Notes under the pieces: model-generated
Told to the model about the DNA's origin: nothing
Database searches by the model: none
The model's input: only the letters and a program-made list of their open reading frames with translations
Made by a program: the position numbers and the translations under genes
Assembly: GCA_050123335.1 (NCBI GenBank)
Contig: JASFHH010000003.1
Span: forward strand, 6,615-70,614
Reading direction: 5' to 3'
Length of the DNA: 64,000 nucleotides
Origin: Gammaproteobacteria bacterium
GTDB taxonomy: Bacteria; Pseudomonadota; Gammaproteobacteria; UBA12402
Shown here: in pieces, positions 20,314-29,082 of the stretch
How positions within the stretch are numbered: position 1 is the first letter of the stretch
How the letters are laid out: each line of letters begins with the position of its first letter

Positions 20314-20818
20314 ACACAAAATAAAATATGAAGCAGCATTTACGATGATTGAAATGTTAATATCGCTGGCTGCTATTGGGATTTTATTTGCTATATTAAT
20401 AGTGGCTGCGCACCAAGCTTTTAACGTGCCGGCAGAACGGTCGAGTTTGATGAGTTGTAAAAATAATTTAATACAGGCGTTAAATGCTTATTATTTGAAT
20501 AATTATCATCAGTTGCACCATACAACTCAGCCGGTAGCAATTGATAATTTGGTTGCGCAACATTATTTGGATAAAGATAGTTTGTATAATATTGGACAGT
20601 TTAAATATACGGCTGGTGTGCGAGTAGTGGATACTCACGATCGGTTAGAGTTAGCTATTACAACTGATGATGCTAACAGTTTGGTATGGATGAAGCCGGA
20701 TAAAATAGATGGCAATAGGGCAATTTGGTATGTAGTACCGCAGTATGGTGATACGGCTAATTCGATAAGATATAACGCGGTGCAATTGGCTCGGGAGAAT
20801 GATAATGACAAAATGTAA
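20297..20818 (+). CDS. prepilin-type minor pilin
   Basis: ...KYEAA|FTMIEMLISLAAIGILFAIL has Ala rather than Gly at -1 and keeps Glu5. Overlaps the previous gene. Confidence 0.6.
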   Translation: MRRLIKHKIKYEAAFTMIEMLISLAAIGILFAILIVAAHQAFNVPAERSSLMSCKNNLIQALNAYYLNNYHQLHHTTQPVAIDNLVAQHYLDKDSLYNIGQFKYTAGVRVVDTHDRLELAITTDDANSLVWMKPDKIDGNRAIWYVVPQYGDTANSIRYNAVQLARENDNDKM

Positions 20819-21572
20819 TGTAAACAAACAACGTGGCTTTATTATGATCCAAGTGTTGTTGGGTTTAGCGGTGTTAATTGCGATCATGACGGGTTGGGCT
20901 TATTACCAGAATCGTGTGCATAAACGAGCGGTTGCTAATCGCATGACTAACGAAATTAATTATATTTTAGAAGCAGCAACTTCATATTACAGTGATCATA
21001 ATAAGTGGCCTGAGAGAATGGCCGATTTAATTAACGCGGGATATATAGATCGGCAAACTAAAGGCAGTGATGAAATTTTAGATCCGTATGGACAAAAATA
21101 TGTGTTAGACAATTCGCAGGGGGGCAAATTATATCTGCTTGCTTATATTCCAGAAGATGATGCGTATGTAGCGCGTAACGCCATGACAGCGTTGCCATTT
21201 GCTAAATTTGATCCAGATGGAGCATCTGCTCCGCAAGGATATGATGTATTACAAGCGGCGGTAATGCCTTATGGGCATGGTGGAATTGTAAAAAATGCTA
21301 CGATAGTTCCTTCAGGCACAATTATTGACAAGCCGATTTGTCCCAAGGATGAAAAAGCAAAAATTTATACTAGTGTAGCTTCGGGCGTTGAAAAAGATGG
21401 GTCTTTTGTGGGAGGTTATCGTACTTATGCTGATAATTTAGAGGATGAACATAAATGGAAAGTGCATATGCAAGTATTAACCAATGGAGGTTGGGTGGAT
21501 GCTGATAAAGATTCAGATGCTTATAAAATAGAGGTGTTTACAACATGTCAAAAAACAAATTCAGATTTTTGA
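20799..21572 (+). CDS. prepilin-type minor pilin lacking Glu5 (GspK/PilV-like large minor pilin)
   Basis: ...NKQRG|FIMIQVLLGLAVLIAIM has Gln at +5. At 257 aa it is the largest pilin in the cluster. Confidence 0.6.
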   Translation: MIMTKCNVNKQRGFIMIQVLLGLAVLIAIMTGWAYYQNRVHKRAVANRMTNEINYILEAATSYYSDHNKWPERMADLINAGYIDRQTKGSDEILDPYGQKYVLDNSQGGKLYLLAYIPEDDAYVARNAMTALPFAKFDPDGASAPQGYDVLQAAVMPYGHGGIVKNATIVPSGTIIDKPICPKDEKAKIYTSVASGVEKDGSFVGGYRTYADNLEDEHKWKVHMQVLTNGGWVDADKDSDAYKIEVFTTCQKTNSDF

Positions 21573-21958
21573 TGGCTAAAATTATTGTAATGTTATATTT
21601 GATTGCCAATATATTTGGTATTACTAATGTTTTTGCTGATGATGCTACTTCATATGGTAATATTTCAGTAAATACTCATATCAGGAGGGAGTTGGTAGCA
21701 ATTTATAAGCATGTTGATTTAAGCACGACGCGTTCTATTCCTATGCCAAATTGTAGTTCTGGCGGAGTCCCAGAAATTCTTCCTATAGTGTCAGATAATA
21801 TTATAAATTATTATCAAGGTCCTTTTAAAGCTCAAGATGAAAGTTATGATCTTGCTGTTCAGAGTGTAGGTAAAGTTTGGCTCGTATCGACTAAAATGCA
21901 AAATGGTATTCATTGGTATGCAAATTATGCGGTGTATTGTCGTTATACTCCTAAATAA
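21545..21958 (+). CDS. small secreted protein, last gene of the pilus cluster
   Basis: Signal peptide FLMAKIIVMLYLIANIFGITNVFA; overlaps the preceding pilin gene. Confidence 0.35.
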   Translation: MSKNKFRFLMAKIIVMLYLIANIFGITNVFADDATSYGNISVNTHIRRELVAIYKHVDLSTTRSIPMPNCSSGGVPEILPIVSDNIINYYQGPFKAQDESYDLAVQSVGKVWLVSTKMQNGIHWYANYAVYCRYTPK

Positions 21959-21969
21959 TGTTGCGTGAT

Positions 21970-22626
21970 TTAACCTAATCCGAATATTGTAAGAATTAAT
22001 CTTTGTAGTAGTACAATCGGTACCCATAAAAGTAAACGTAAAATGCCGGTGACTAATAACAATAACAAAATAAAAAATCCATATGGTGCAATTCGATCAT
22101 ATTTATAAGCTAATTTTGGCGGCAAAATGGCTGCAACTACGCGGCTGCCGTCAAGCGGCGGAATAGGGATTAAATTTAAGATCATTAATACTAAATTGAT
22201 CAGGATTCCTGCTCGACCCATTAATACGATTGGTAAGGCAAATTGTAGGCCGTGTCCCATTAGAATGCTACCTATTTTCGTAATTGCCGCCCAGATGAGT
22301 GCCATAATGATATTTGAAATTGGTCCAGCAAGAGCTACAAATGCCATATCTCTTCTGGGTTTCTTTAGATTATTTGGGTTCACCGGGACTGGTTTAGCCC
22401 AACCGAAGATGATAGGACTGAAAAGCAGTAAAATCAGTGGAATGAGAATCGTGCCAATCATATCAATATGCTTGAGCGGATTTAAAGTTAATCGACCAAG
22501 CATTAGTGCAGTTTTGTCACCTAGTTTTAATGCCATCCAGCCATGCGCTACTTCATGTACAGTAATAGCGAATAAAATAGGTGGAGCCCATACAATAATT
22601 TTTTGAATAATATTTAATTGCCACAT
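21970..22626 (-). CDS. site-2 protease family zinc metalloprotease (peptidase M50)
   Basis: HEVAHGWMA HExxH motif in a TM segment plus the LNLIPIPPLDGSR LDG motif; polytopic. Confidence 0.75.
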   Translation of the reverse strand: MWQLNIIQKIIVWAPPILFAITVHEVAHGWMALKLGDKTALMLGRLTLNPLKHIDMIGTILIPLILLLFSPIIFGWAKPVPVNPNNLKKPRRDMAFVALAGPISNIIMALIWAAITKIGSILMGHGLQFALPIVLMGRAGILINLVLMILNLIPIPPLDGSRVVAAILPPKLAYKYDRIAPYGFFILLLLLVTGILRLLLWVPIVLLQRLILTIFGLG

Positions 22627-22676
22627 AATGATCGCATTATATATTATATGAGCGGGAGATAAAAGTGCAACTTGGA

Positions 22677-22737
22677 GGGGCCGGGTCTTTACTTATTACA
22701 AGTGCGATAGCTTTGTAATTAGTAAAGACCCGGTCCC
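22677..22737. repeat. palindromic element family A (copy A2)
   Basis: GGGGCCGGGTCTTTACTTATTACAAGTGC...GTAATTAGTAAAGACCCGGTCCC, followed by the associated ATGTAAAGCTCACGACCCG segment. Confidence 0.65.
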
Positions 22738-22839
22738 ATAAAAATTATGTAAAGCTCACGACCCGCTTGACTTCTGTCATACAACAAGTGAAGATGTGAG
22801 ATATTATACTGATAATATAACATTTATGGGGTGTAAATT

Positions 22840-23220
22840 ATGTACAAAAAGTTTATGTGGATATTGGTAATATTAGTTTTAATTCCATTGACATCATCTG
22901 CGATTTGGCAAATTGCTGATCCAGCTCATGGAACTGGACGTCGTTATGAGCATGGTGTTGATTATCCGCAGCAATATGTTAATGGCGCTATTATTTCATT
23001 TAAATTACGCAAGGGTTTGCTTAAAGAGAATGTGTTTCGTATAGCTTGCAAATATCGTTGGAAAGTTAGATGGCTTGCGCCAAATAAATATTATGTAACA
23101 CTTGCTACCAAGATAGTTGGACCAACTTTTCCGATTGTAATGAATGGACTGTTGTCACATTATCCGCTACGTGCAACTTATGATATAAAATATAAGCGTA
23201 TGAGGGTATATAAACGCTAA
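22840..23220 (+). CDS. small secreted hypothetical protein
   Basis: Signal-peptide-like MYKKFMWILVILVLIPLTSSA; 126 aa. Confidence 0.35.
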   Translation: MYKKFMWILVILVLIPLTSSAIWQIADPAHGTGRRYEHGVDYPQQYVNGAIISFKLRKGLLKENVFRIACKYRWKVRWLAPNKYYVTLATKIVGPTFPIVMNGLLSHYPLRATYDIKYKRMRVYKR

Positions 23221-23416
23221 CTCTTGTTTGCAGCAACACCGCCGCCCAGATACCAGGAATTATGTGCTTGTTGCTGTGATTTTTTTGGTAAGTATAAAGG
23301 GCCGCTTTGTCCACAGCCATTTAGTACTAACAAGAATGCAAAAATACTTCCGATAAATATTATTTGTTTTATGCTCTTTTTCATGCTGTAATTATCAAAT
23401 TAATTTTATGTGGCTT

Positions 23417-23523
23417 ATAAGGTTTTGGGTTGATTTTTTCTCCTCCCTGGTACGTCCATGTACCTCCCGCGTTTCCATCCATGGACGCTAGTCGTCGAAA
23501 AATTCAACCCAAAACCTTATAAT
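23417..23523. repeat. palindromic element family B (copy B2)
   Basis: Outer inverted repeat TTATAAGGTTTTGGGTTGA / TCAACCCAAAACCTTATAA around the core TTTTTTCTCCTCCCTGGTACGTCCATGTACCTCCCGCGTTTCCATCCATGGACGCTAGTCGTCGAAAAA. Confidence 0.65.
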
Positions 23524-23575
23524 AATACATGGTTGCAATATTCACGTAGTATAACCAAAAACAAAGGGTTTGTGT

Positions 23576-24250
23576 ATGAATAAAAATGGCCTGCTAGAAT
23601 GTGTTGAAGTTAAACCAAAAAAACCACCGGTTTTGACGGTGATTTGGCTGCATGGTTTAGGAGCTGATGGGCATGATTTTGCTGGTATTGTTCCGCAATT
23701 AAATTTACCAGATAATTTACCAATAAAATTTATTTTTCCACATGCGCCGCTTAGGCCAATTACGATTAATAACGGTTATGTGATGCGTGGCTGGTATGAC
23801 ATTAAAGATTTGTCCAATCTTGCTAATGAAGACGAAGCTGGGATTCATGATTCAGCGGGAAAAATTGTTGCTTTAATTGAGCGCGAGCAACAATTAGGTA
23901 TGCCAAGCGATAAGATTATTTTAGCTGGATTTTCACAAGGCGGAGCGATGGCATTGTACGTTGGTTTGCGCTATCCTGAAAAATTAGCAGGAATTATTGC
24001 TTTATCAGCATATTTACCATTACATAATTTGTTACCGACAGAAATATCAAAAGCTAATTGTGATCTTTCAATAATGATGGCACATGGTACAGGAGATCCG
24101 TTACTTCCAATTAGTTTTGCAACAGCATCGCGAGATTTTTTAATTAAGCATGGTTATCAGGTTGAGTGGCACGATTATCCAATGCAGCATACGGTGTGCG
24201 CGCAGGAAATTAATGATATTAGTCAATGGCTACAGAAAAATTTTTATTAA
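23576..24250 (+). CDS. phospholipase/carboxylesterase-family serine hydrolase (acyl-protein thioesterase-like)
   Basis: [12 protein letters not shown] ... [11 protein letters not shown] (GxSxG) ... HGTGDPLLP. The overall pattern resembles LYPLA1/YpfH-type esterases as I recall them. Confidence 0.75.
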   Translation: MNKNGLLECVEVKPKKPPVLTVIWLHGLGADGHDFAGIVPQLNLPDNLPIKFIFPHAPLRPITINNGYVMRGWYDIKDLSNLANEDEAGIHDSAGKIVALIEREQQLGMPSDKIILAGFSQGGAMALYVGLRYPEKLAGIIALSAYLPLHNLLPTEISKANCDLSIMMAHGTGDPLLPISFATASRDFLIKHGYQVEWHDYPMQHTVCAQEINDISQWLQKNFY

Positions 24251-25293
24251 CAAATATCAGTTATTTCATGTGCCGTATAAATTTCATTTATTTGTTGGGT
24301 TACACGAATAAATGTAGTGCGTTTGGATAATTCTTTTAATTTTTCTGCGCCAACATAAGTGCAGGTGGAGCGCAAACCGCCGAGAATATCTTGTAAGGTT
24401 TGTTCTACTGGTCCGCGGTATGGCACATCAACAGATTTGCCTTCACTGGCACGGTATTGAGCAACTTCGCCGTAGTATTGCATCATTGCTTCTTTGGAGC
24501 TCATGCCGTAAAAACGTTTGAATTTTTTGCCGTCTTTTTCAAAGATTTCGCCAGAACATTCATCATGTCCGGCAAACATGCCACCTAACATCACAAAATC
24601 AGCTCCTGCGGCAAATGCTTTGGCAATATCACCAGGATTAGTGCAGCCGCCGTCAGCGCAGATATGGCCTTTTAAACCATGTGCAGCGTCGGCGCATTCA
24701 ATAATGGCTGATAGCTGTGGGTAACCTACACCAGTTTTTTTGCGGGTAGTGCAGACTGATCCTGGGCCAATGCCGATTTTAACGATATCAGCTCCGGATA
24801 AAGTTAGTTCTTCAGCCATTTCACCAGTCACTACATTACCAGCCATGATAATTTTATCAGGAAAAGCAAGCCGTGTTTTTTTAACAAAATCAATAAAATG
24901 CTGTGAATAGCCATTAGCAATATCTAAACAAATAAAAGGGCAGTCTACAGCGGACATAATTTCTTTAAGATGCTTTAGATCGTGATCTCTGGTGCCTGAG
25001 CTGGCAAAACAATATGATAATGTAGATTTATCGATTGCTTTCCAGTCTTCTTTTGTAGAAAACTTATCCAAAGCGGTTAGCACTTTAGATTTGGATAGTA
25101 CTTTTGCCATGGCAAAGGTACCAGTATGATCCATATTGGCAGCAATAATGGGAATGCCTTGCCAGGTTAGTTTTGAATGACGAAATGTATATTTTCTCTC
25201 CAAATCTACTTCGGCACGTGAGCGTAAAGTGCTTCTTTTTGGTCGAATTAAAACGTCTTTGAAATCTAATTTAATGTCTGCATCGATTCGCAT
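24247..25293 (-). CDS. guaC: GMP reductase
   Basis: [37 protein letters not shown] closely matches the E. coli GuaC N-terminus; IMPDH/GMPR family; 348 aa. Confidence 0.92.
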   Translation of the reverse strand: MRIDADIKLDFKDVLIRPKRSTLRSRAEVDLERKYTFRHSKLTWQGIPIIAANMDHTGTFAMAKVLSKSKVLTALDKFSTKEDWKAIDKSTLSYCFASSGTRDHDLKHLKEIMSAVDCPFICLDIANGYSQHFIDFVKKTRLAFPDKIIMAGNVVTGEMAEELTLSGADIVKIGIGPGSVCTTRKKTGVGYPQLSAIIECADAAHGLKGHICADGGCTNPGDIAKAFAAGADFVMLGGMFAGHDECSGEIFEKDGKKFKRFYGMSSKEAMMQYYGEVAQYRASEGKSVDVPYRGPVEQTLQDILGGLRSTCTYVGAEKLKELSKRTTFIRVTQQINEIYTAHEITDIC

Positions 25294-25399
25294 GATTATT
25301 GTCCTTTAAATAATTAATTTTATCATAGTAAAAATAATTGTTTAAGCTTCTTGCGATAAAGAGTATTATTTTTACCGAAAAAAGTATCAGGAGAAAATT

Positions 25400-25600
25400 A
25401 TGTTTAGCAAAAAAGTAAATAACTGTATATATATTGGCAAATACCCAGTTGAAGATAAGGTTATCATTAGTGTTGGTTGTGTTTATGGTAGAGAATTTAT
25501 AGGCAAGGTACAAATTGCTATAAAACTAGATAACAATGTTTGTACAAAGTTGATGTCAGAAATCAAAAAGATAGCGTGTCAAAATAAAAAAAATCTATAA
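25400..25600 (+). CDS. small hypothetical protein
   Basis: 66-codon ORF with AGGAG 7 nt upstream of the ATG. Confidence 0.3.
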   Translation: MFSKKVNNCIYIGKYPVEDKVIISVGCVYGREFIGKVQIAIKLDNNVCTKLMSEIKKIACQNKKNL

Positions 25601-25701
25601 AAAAGTCTACAATAGAAAAAGAAGATTATTTAGTCAATGATTCGGAAAAATTTCAGCAGATAATAAAAAAATTAAATATAAAAAATAAACGAATATGCGA
25701 C

Positions 25702-25953
25702 ATGATGACGTATATTAACTGCAATTTTGACAAAAAGAATAAATTAAATATATGTAATTGGGATGGCATACATTGTACTTTTGGCAAACCACTGTTAGAT
25801 TGTCCAAAGAAAAAAAAGAAGAAAAAACTTGGAAAAAGCATGAAAAAATCCAAGGATAAACATAAAAAACTCGTAAAAAAACTGAAGAGTAAATCTAAAA
25901 AATCGAAAACCCCGTCTTCGAAAATTACATTGCATATAGGCACAAGAATATAA
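25702..25953 (+). CDS. small protein with four N-terminal Cys and a poly-Lys tail (uncertain)
   Basis: C-x10-C-x6-C-x8-C followed by KKKKKKKLGKSMKKSKDKHKK... The coding DNA contains an A-rich tract. Confidence 0.2.
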   Translation: MMTYINCNFDKKNKLNICNWDGIHCTFGKPLLDCPKKKKKKKLGKSMKKSKDKHKKLVKKLKSKSKKSKTPSSKITLHIGTRI

Positions 25954-25986
25954 AATTTACAGCCTTATGCTAAAACAGTTTTATCC

Positions 25987-27279
25987 TTAGTATTTTTGAT
26001 AAGTATTTTTTGTGCGGGCTTTACAAATAACAGTATAAAAAAATCCATCCATATTATCTTGTCCTGGTAGGATTTGTTTGCCGTACTTAGTAGGCGCGCC
26101 CCATGAAGTATCGATTTTATTGATTTGAGCATTGGGAGTTTTAGCAAGGAAGTTGCTGATTACCTGGTCGTTTTCTTCCGGTAAAATCGAACAGGTTACA
26201 TAAACTAATAGTCCATTGGGTTTTAAAGTTGGCCAAATAGTTTGTAATATTTCTAATTGTTTGTGCGCGAGTTTCACTATGTCTTTTTCTTGTTTTAATA
26301 ATTTAATATCCGGATGACGGCGAATTACTCCAGTTGCAGAGCATGGAGCGTCAAGTAGAATACGGTCAAATGATTGTTGATCCCACCAGCTTTTTATTTG
26401 TGAGACATCTGCATGTAGAAGTTTAACTTTATTTTTTTGTGTGCGCATACGTTTTAAATTTTCTGTGATCATTTGCAAACGTTTTTTGTCATGATCAATG
26501 GCAATTAATTCTTTAATATTAGGTTCGGTTTCTAAAATATGCATGGTTTTGCTGCCGGGAGCGGCACATGCGTCTAAAATACGTTGGTTTGGTTTTAAAT
26601 CTAATAATTTTGCGGAGAATTGCGCGCCGCAATCTTGTACCGAAACTTCGCCTATAGCAAAGCCTGGTAGTTGTGATACAGGGCATGGTTCTTCCAAAGT
26701 AATGCATGATGCACAAACAGGATTTACGATAGCTTTTACTTGATGCAAATAATTTTTCGCAGAGATTTTTCGTAAATTTATTCGCAAACTCATTGGCGGG
26801 TGTTCATTGTTGGCAGCTAAAATTTTTTCCAAATCATTTGGATATGTCGATTTTATTTTTTCAATTAGCCATTGCGGATGGGCAAATTTAGCAATCGTGT
26901 TTTCATTAACAGCGCTAAGTACTGCGTCTTGTTGGCGCAAAAAATTACGTAAAACAGCATTAATTAAATTACATGCCCATGGTTTTTTTAGTTTGCGTGC
27001 GTTATCTACATTTTCATTAATAGCTGCATGCGTAGGTGTGCGCATATAAATAATTTCATATAATCCAGTTAAAATTAATACATAAATATCTAAGTCTTTA
27101 GATTTGAGTGGCTTGGTTAATAATTTTTTGGCAATGAAATCTAGTTGTAAATACCAGCGTGATATTCCATAACATAATTCCTGGACAAAACTTTCTGTAT
27201 TCGTGAGTGTTTTAGCAAAAGATATTTTGTCACGTAAAAATTTTATAATAATTTTGTTAGCGGTTAATCTAGGATTCAT
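25987..27279 (-). CDS. rsmB: 16S rRNA (cytosine967-C5)-methyltransferase RsmB
   Basis: AAPGSKTMHILE SAM-binding motif and DAPCSATGVIRRHPD catalytic Cys motif; lies downstream of fmt. Confidence 0.9.
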   Translation of the reverse strand: MNPRLTANKIIIKFLRDKISFAKTLTNTESFVQELCYGISRWYLQLDFIAKKLLTKPLKSKDLDIYVLILTGLYEIIYMRTPTHAAINENVDNARKLKKPWACNLINAVLRNFLRQQDAVLSAVNENTIAKFAHPQWLIEKIKSTYPNDLEKILAANNEHPPMSLRINLRKISAKNYLHQVKAIVNPVCASCITLEEPCPVSQLPGFAIGEVSVQDCGAQFSAKLLDLKPNQRILDACAAPGSKTMHILETEPNIKELIAIDHDKKRLQMITENLKRMRTQKNKVKLLHADVSQIKSWWDQQSFDRILLDAPCSATGVIRRHPDIKLLKQEKDIVKLAHKQLEILQTIWPTLKPNGLLVYVTCSILPEENDQVISNFLAKTPNAQINKIDTSWGAPTKYGKQILPGQDNMDGFFYTVICKARTKNTYQKY

Positions 27280-27299
27280 AATTTAATTTTGCTTAGGTA

Positions 27300-27410
27300 A
27301 TCATGATATTCTAGGTTGCTTTTTTTTCCTCCCTGGTACATCCATGTACCTCCCGCGCTTCCATCCATGGGCGCTAGTCGTCAAAAAAAGCAACCTAAAA
27401 TATCATTAAT
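27300..27410. repeat. palindromic element family B (copy B3)
   Basis: Core ...TTTTTTTTCCTCCCTGGTACATCCATGTACCTCCCGCGCTTCCATCCATGGGCGCTAGTCGTCAAAAAAAG with outer inverted repeat GGTTGC.../...GCAACC. Lies between rsmB and fmt. Confidence 0.65.
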
Positions 27411-28347
27411 TAAACTTCTTATGTTTTTCAAAAAAATCTAATTTGCTATTTAATATTTCAGCAATGGTTAATGCTTTCTTGCCGGGAAATTGCATTTTTA
27501 AAATGCGCAACATGCCATCGCCGGTTGCTACATCAATTCCTTTTTTATCTAATTTAACAATTTCACCTGGTTTTTTATCGCATGTTTCAGTTAATGGCGA
27601 TGCTTGCCAAATACGAATAATTTGGTCGCCAATTTGTGTATAAGAAATTGGCCATGGATTGAAAGCGCGAATTTCGCGATCTAATGTTATCGCAGATTTA
27701 TGCCAATCAATTTTGGCCTCTTCTTTAGTGATTTTTTTTGCGTAGCATGCTTTCTTTTCATTTTGTTTGGTTGGAGTAATTTCGTGTATTTTATCCAAAA
27801 CATTTAATAAGGCGTCAATGCCAAGTAACGCCAGTTCTTCTAGTAAACTTTTGGTGGTATCAGTTGGTTTAATTAAAAACTCTTTTTGCAAAAAAACCGG
27901 TCCAGTATCTAAGCCTTCATCCATTTGCATAATACTAACCCCGGTAATTTCATCACCAGCTAAAATTGCCCGTTGAATAGGAGATGCTCCACGCCATCTT
28001 GGCAATAAAGAAGGGTGAACATTAACACAACCGTAGTGGGGCAAAGATAAAATTTCTTTTGGAATCAACAAACCACAAGCGACATCAATAATAATATCAG
28101 CATGCAAATCTTTAATAGTTTTTTGTGCGGCAGCATCGCGTAAGGTTTTTGGTTGATAAATTGGAATTTTGTGAATTAAACTTAGTTGTTTAACTGGATT
28201 AATTTGTAGTTTGCGTCCACGACCAGCAGGTTTGTCTGGTTGAGTTATTACCGCACAGATGTCATATTTTGCGTTTAATAAACTTTGCAAAAATTTGGCG
28301 GCAAATTCTGGAGTGCCAGCAAAAATTATTTTTAAAGAATCAGGCAT
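27406..28347 (-). CDS. fmt: methionyl-tRNA formyltransferase
   Basis: LKIIFAGTPEFAAKFLQSL N-terminus and formyltransferase fold. Confidence 0.92.
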   Translation of the reverse strand: MPDSLKIIFAGTPEFAAKFLQSLLNAKYDICAVITQPDKPAGRGRKLQINPVKQLSLIHKIPIYQPKTLRDAAAQKTIKDLHADIIIDVACGLLIPKEILSLPHYGCVNVHPSLLPRWRGASPIQRAILAGDEITGVSIMQMDEGLDTGPVFLQKEFLIKPTDTTKSLLEELALLGIDALLNVLDKIHEITPTKQNEKKACYAKKITKEEAKIDWHKSAITLDREIRAFNPWPISYTQIGDQIIRIWQASPLTETCDKKPGEIVKLDKKGIDVATGDGMLRILKMQFPGKKALTIAEILNSKLDFFEKHKKFN

Positions 28348-28358
28348 ATTTTTCTCAG

Positions 28359-28862
28359 TTACAAGTTTGCTTTCTGCAATTTTTTTAATTTACTTTTAAT
28401 TAATTGTTTTTTTACCGACGATAGGCGATCAATAAATAATTTTCCATCTAAATGATCAAGTTCGTGCTGAATAGCTGCAGATAATAGGCCATCTGCTTGT
28501 AACGTAAATTTTTTGCCATCGCGGTCTAATGCTTCTACTGCAATAATATTAGCTCGTTTTACTTTTGCGTAAACCCCAGGAACTGATAAACATCCTTCCG
28601 GACATTGTTGTTCATCAGTTTTTTCGATAATTACTGGGTTAATGAACGCCCGCGGTTTTTGTTTGTTGTCTTGAATGTCTACTACAAAGATTCGTAAATC
28701 AATGCCAATTTGAGTTGCTGCTAAACCGATGCCATTGTCTTCGTACATGGTTTCAAACATGTCATCGACCAAACGCTTAATATCCGCATCAACTTTATCA
28801 ACAGATTCAGCTATATTGCGTAATTTTGGGTTTGGGTAGTGTAAAATTTTGCGTAATGTCAT
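28359..28862 (-). CDS. def: peptide deformylase
   Basis: GIGLAATQIG, EGCLSVPG and QHELDHLDG motifs. Confidence 0.93.
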   Translation of the reverse strand: MTLRKILHYPNPKLRNIAESVDKVDADIKRLVDDMFETMYEDNGIGLAATQIGIDLRIFVVDIQDNKQKPRAFINPVIIEKTDEQQCPEGCLSVPGVYAKVKRANIIAVEALDRDGKKFTLQADGLLSAAIQHELDHLDGKLFIDRLSSVKKQLIKSKLKKLQKANL

Positions 28863-28938
28863 AAATTATAATTATAGCGGAAAGAGTATATTTTTACATA
28901 CATTTTTATGCTTTATTCTGTTACACTGAATGTTAAGT

Positions 28939-29050
28939 TTTTAAGAGATTTTGGGTTGTTTTTTTCTCCTCCCTGGTACATCCATGTACCTCCCGCGTCT
29001 TCATCCATGGACGCTAGTCGTCGAAAAAACAACCCAAAATCTCTTAAAAT
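28939..29050. repeat. palindromic element family B (copy B4)
   Basis: Outer inverted repeat TTTTAAGAGATTTTGGGTTG / CAACCCAAAATCTCTTAAAA around the B core; lies upstream of def. Confidence 0.65.
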
Positions 29051-29082
29051 CGTCTAAATAAAAAACATTTATAGAGGTAAAA

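Noticed and set aside
22127-22606. 159-aa plus-strand ORF
   Set aside because: It lies entirely antisense within the M50 protease gene and has no ribosome-binding site.
21970-22626. Considered whether this convergent membrane protease is the missing prepilin peptidase
   Set aside because: It has the HExxH and LDG motifs of S2P/M50 metalloproteases. Prepilin peptidases are aspartyl proteases with a different topology and a cytoplasmic Cys-rich loop.
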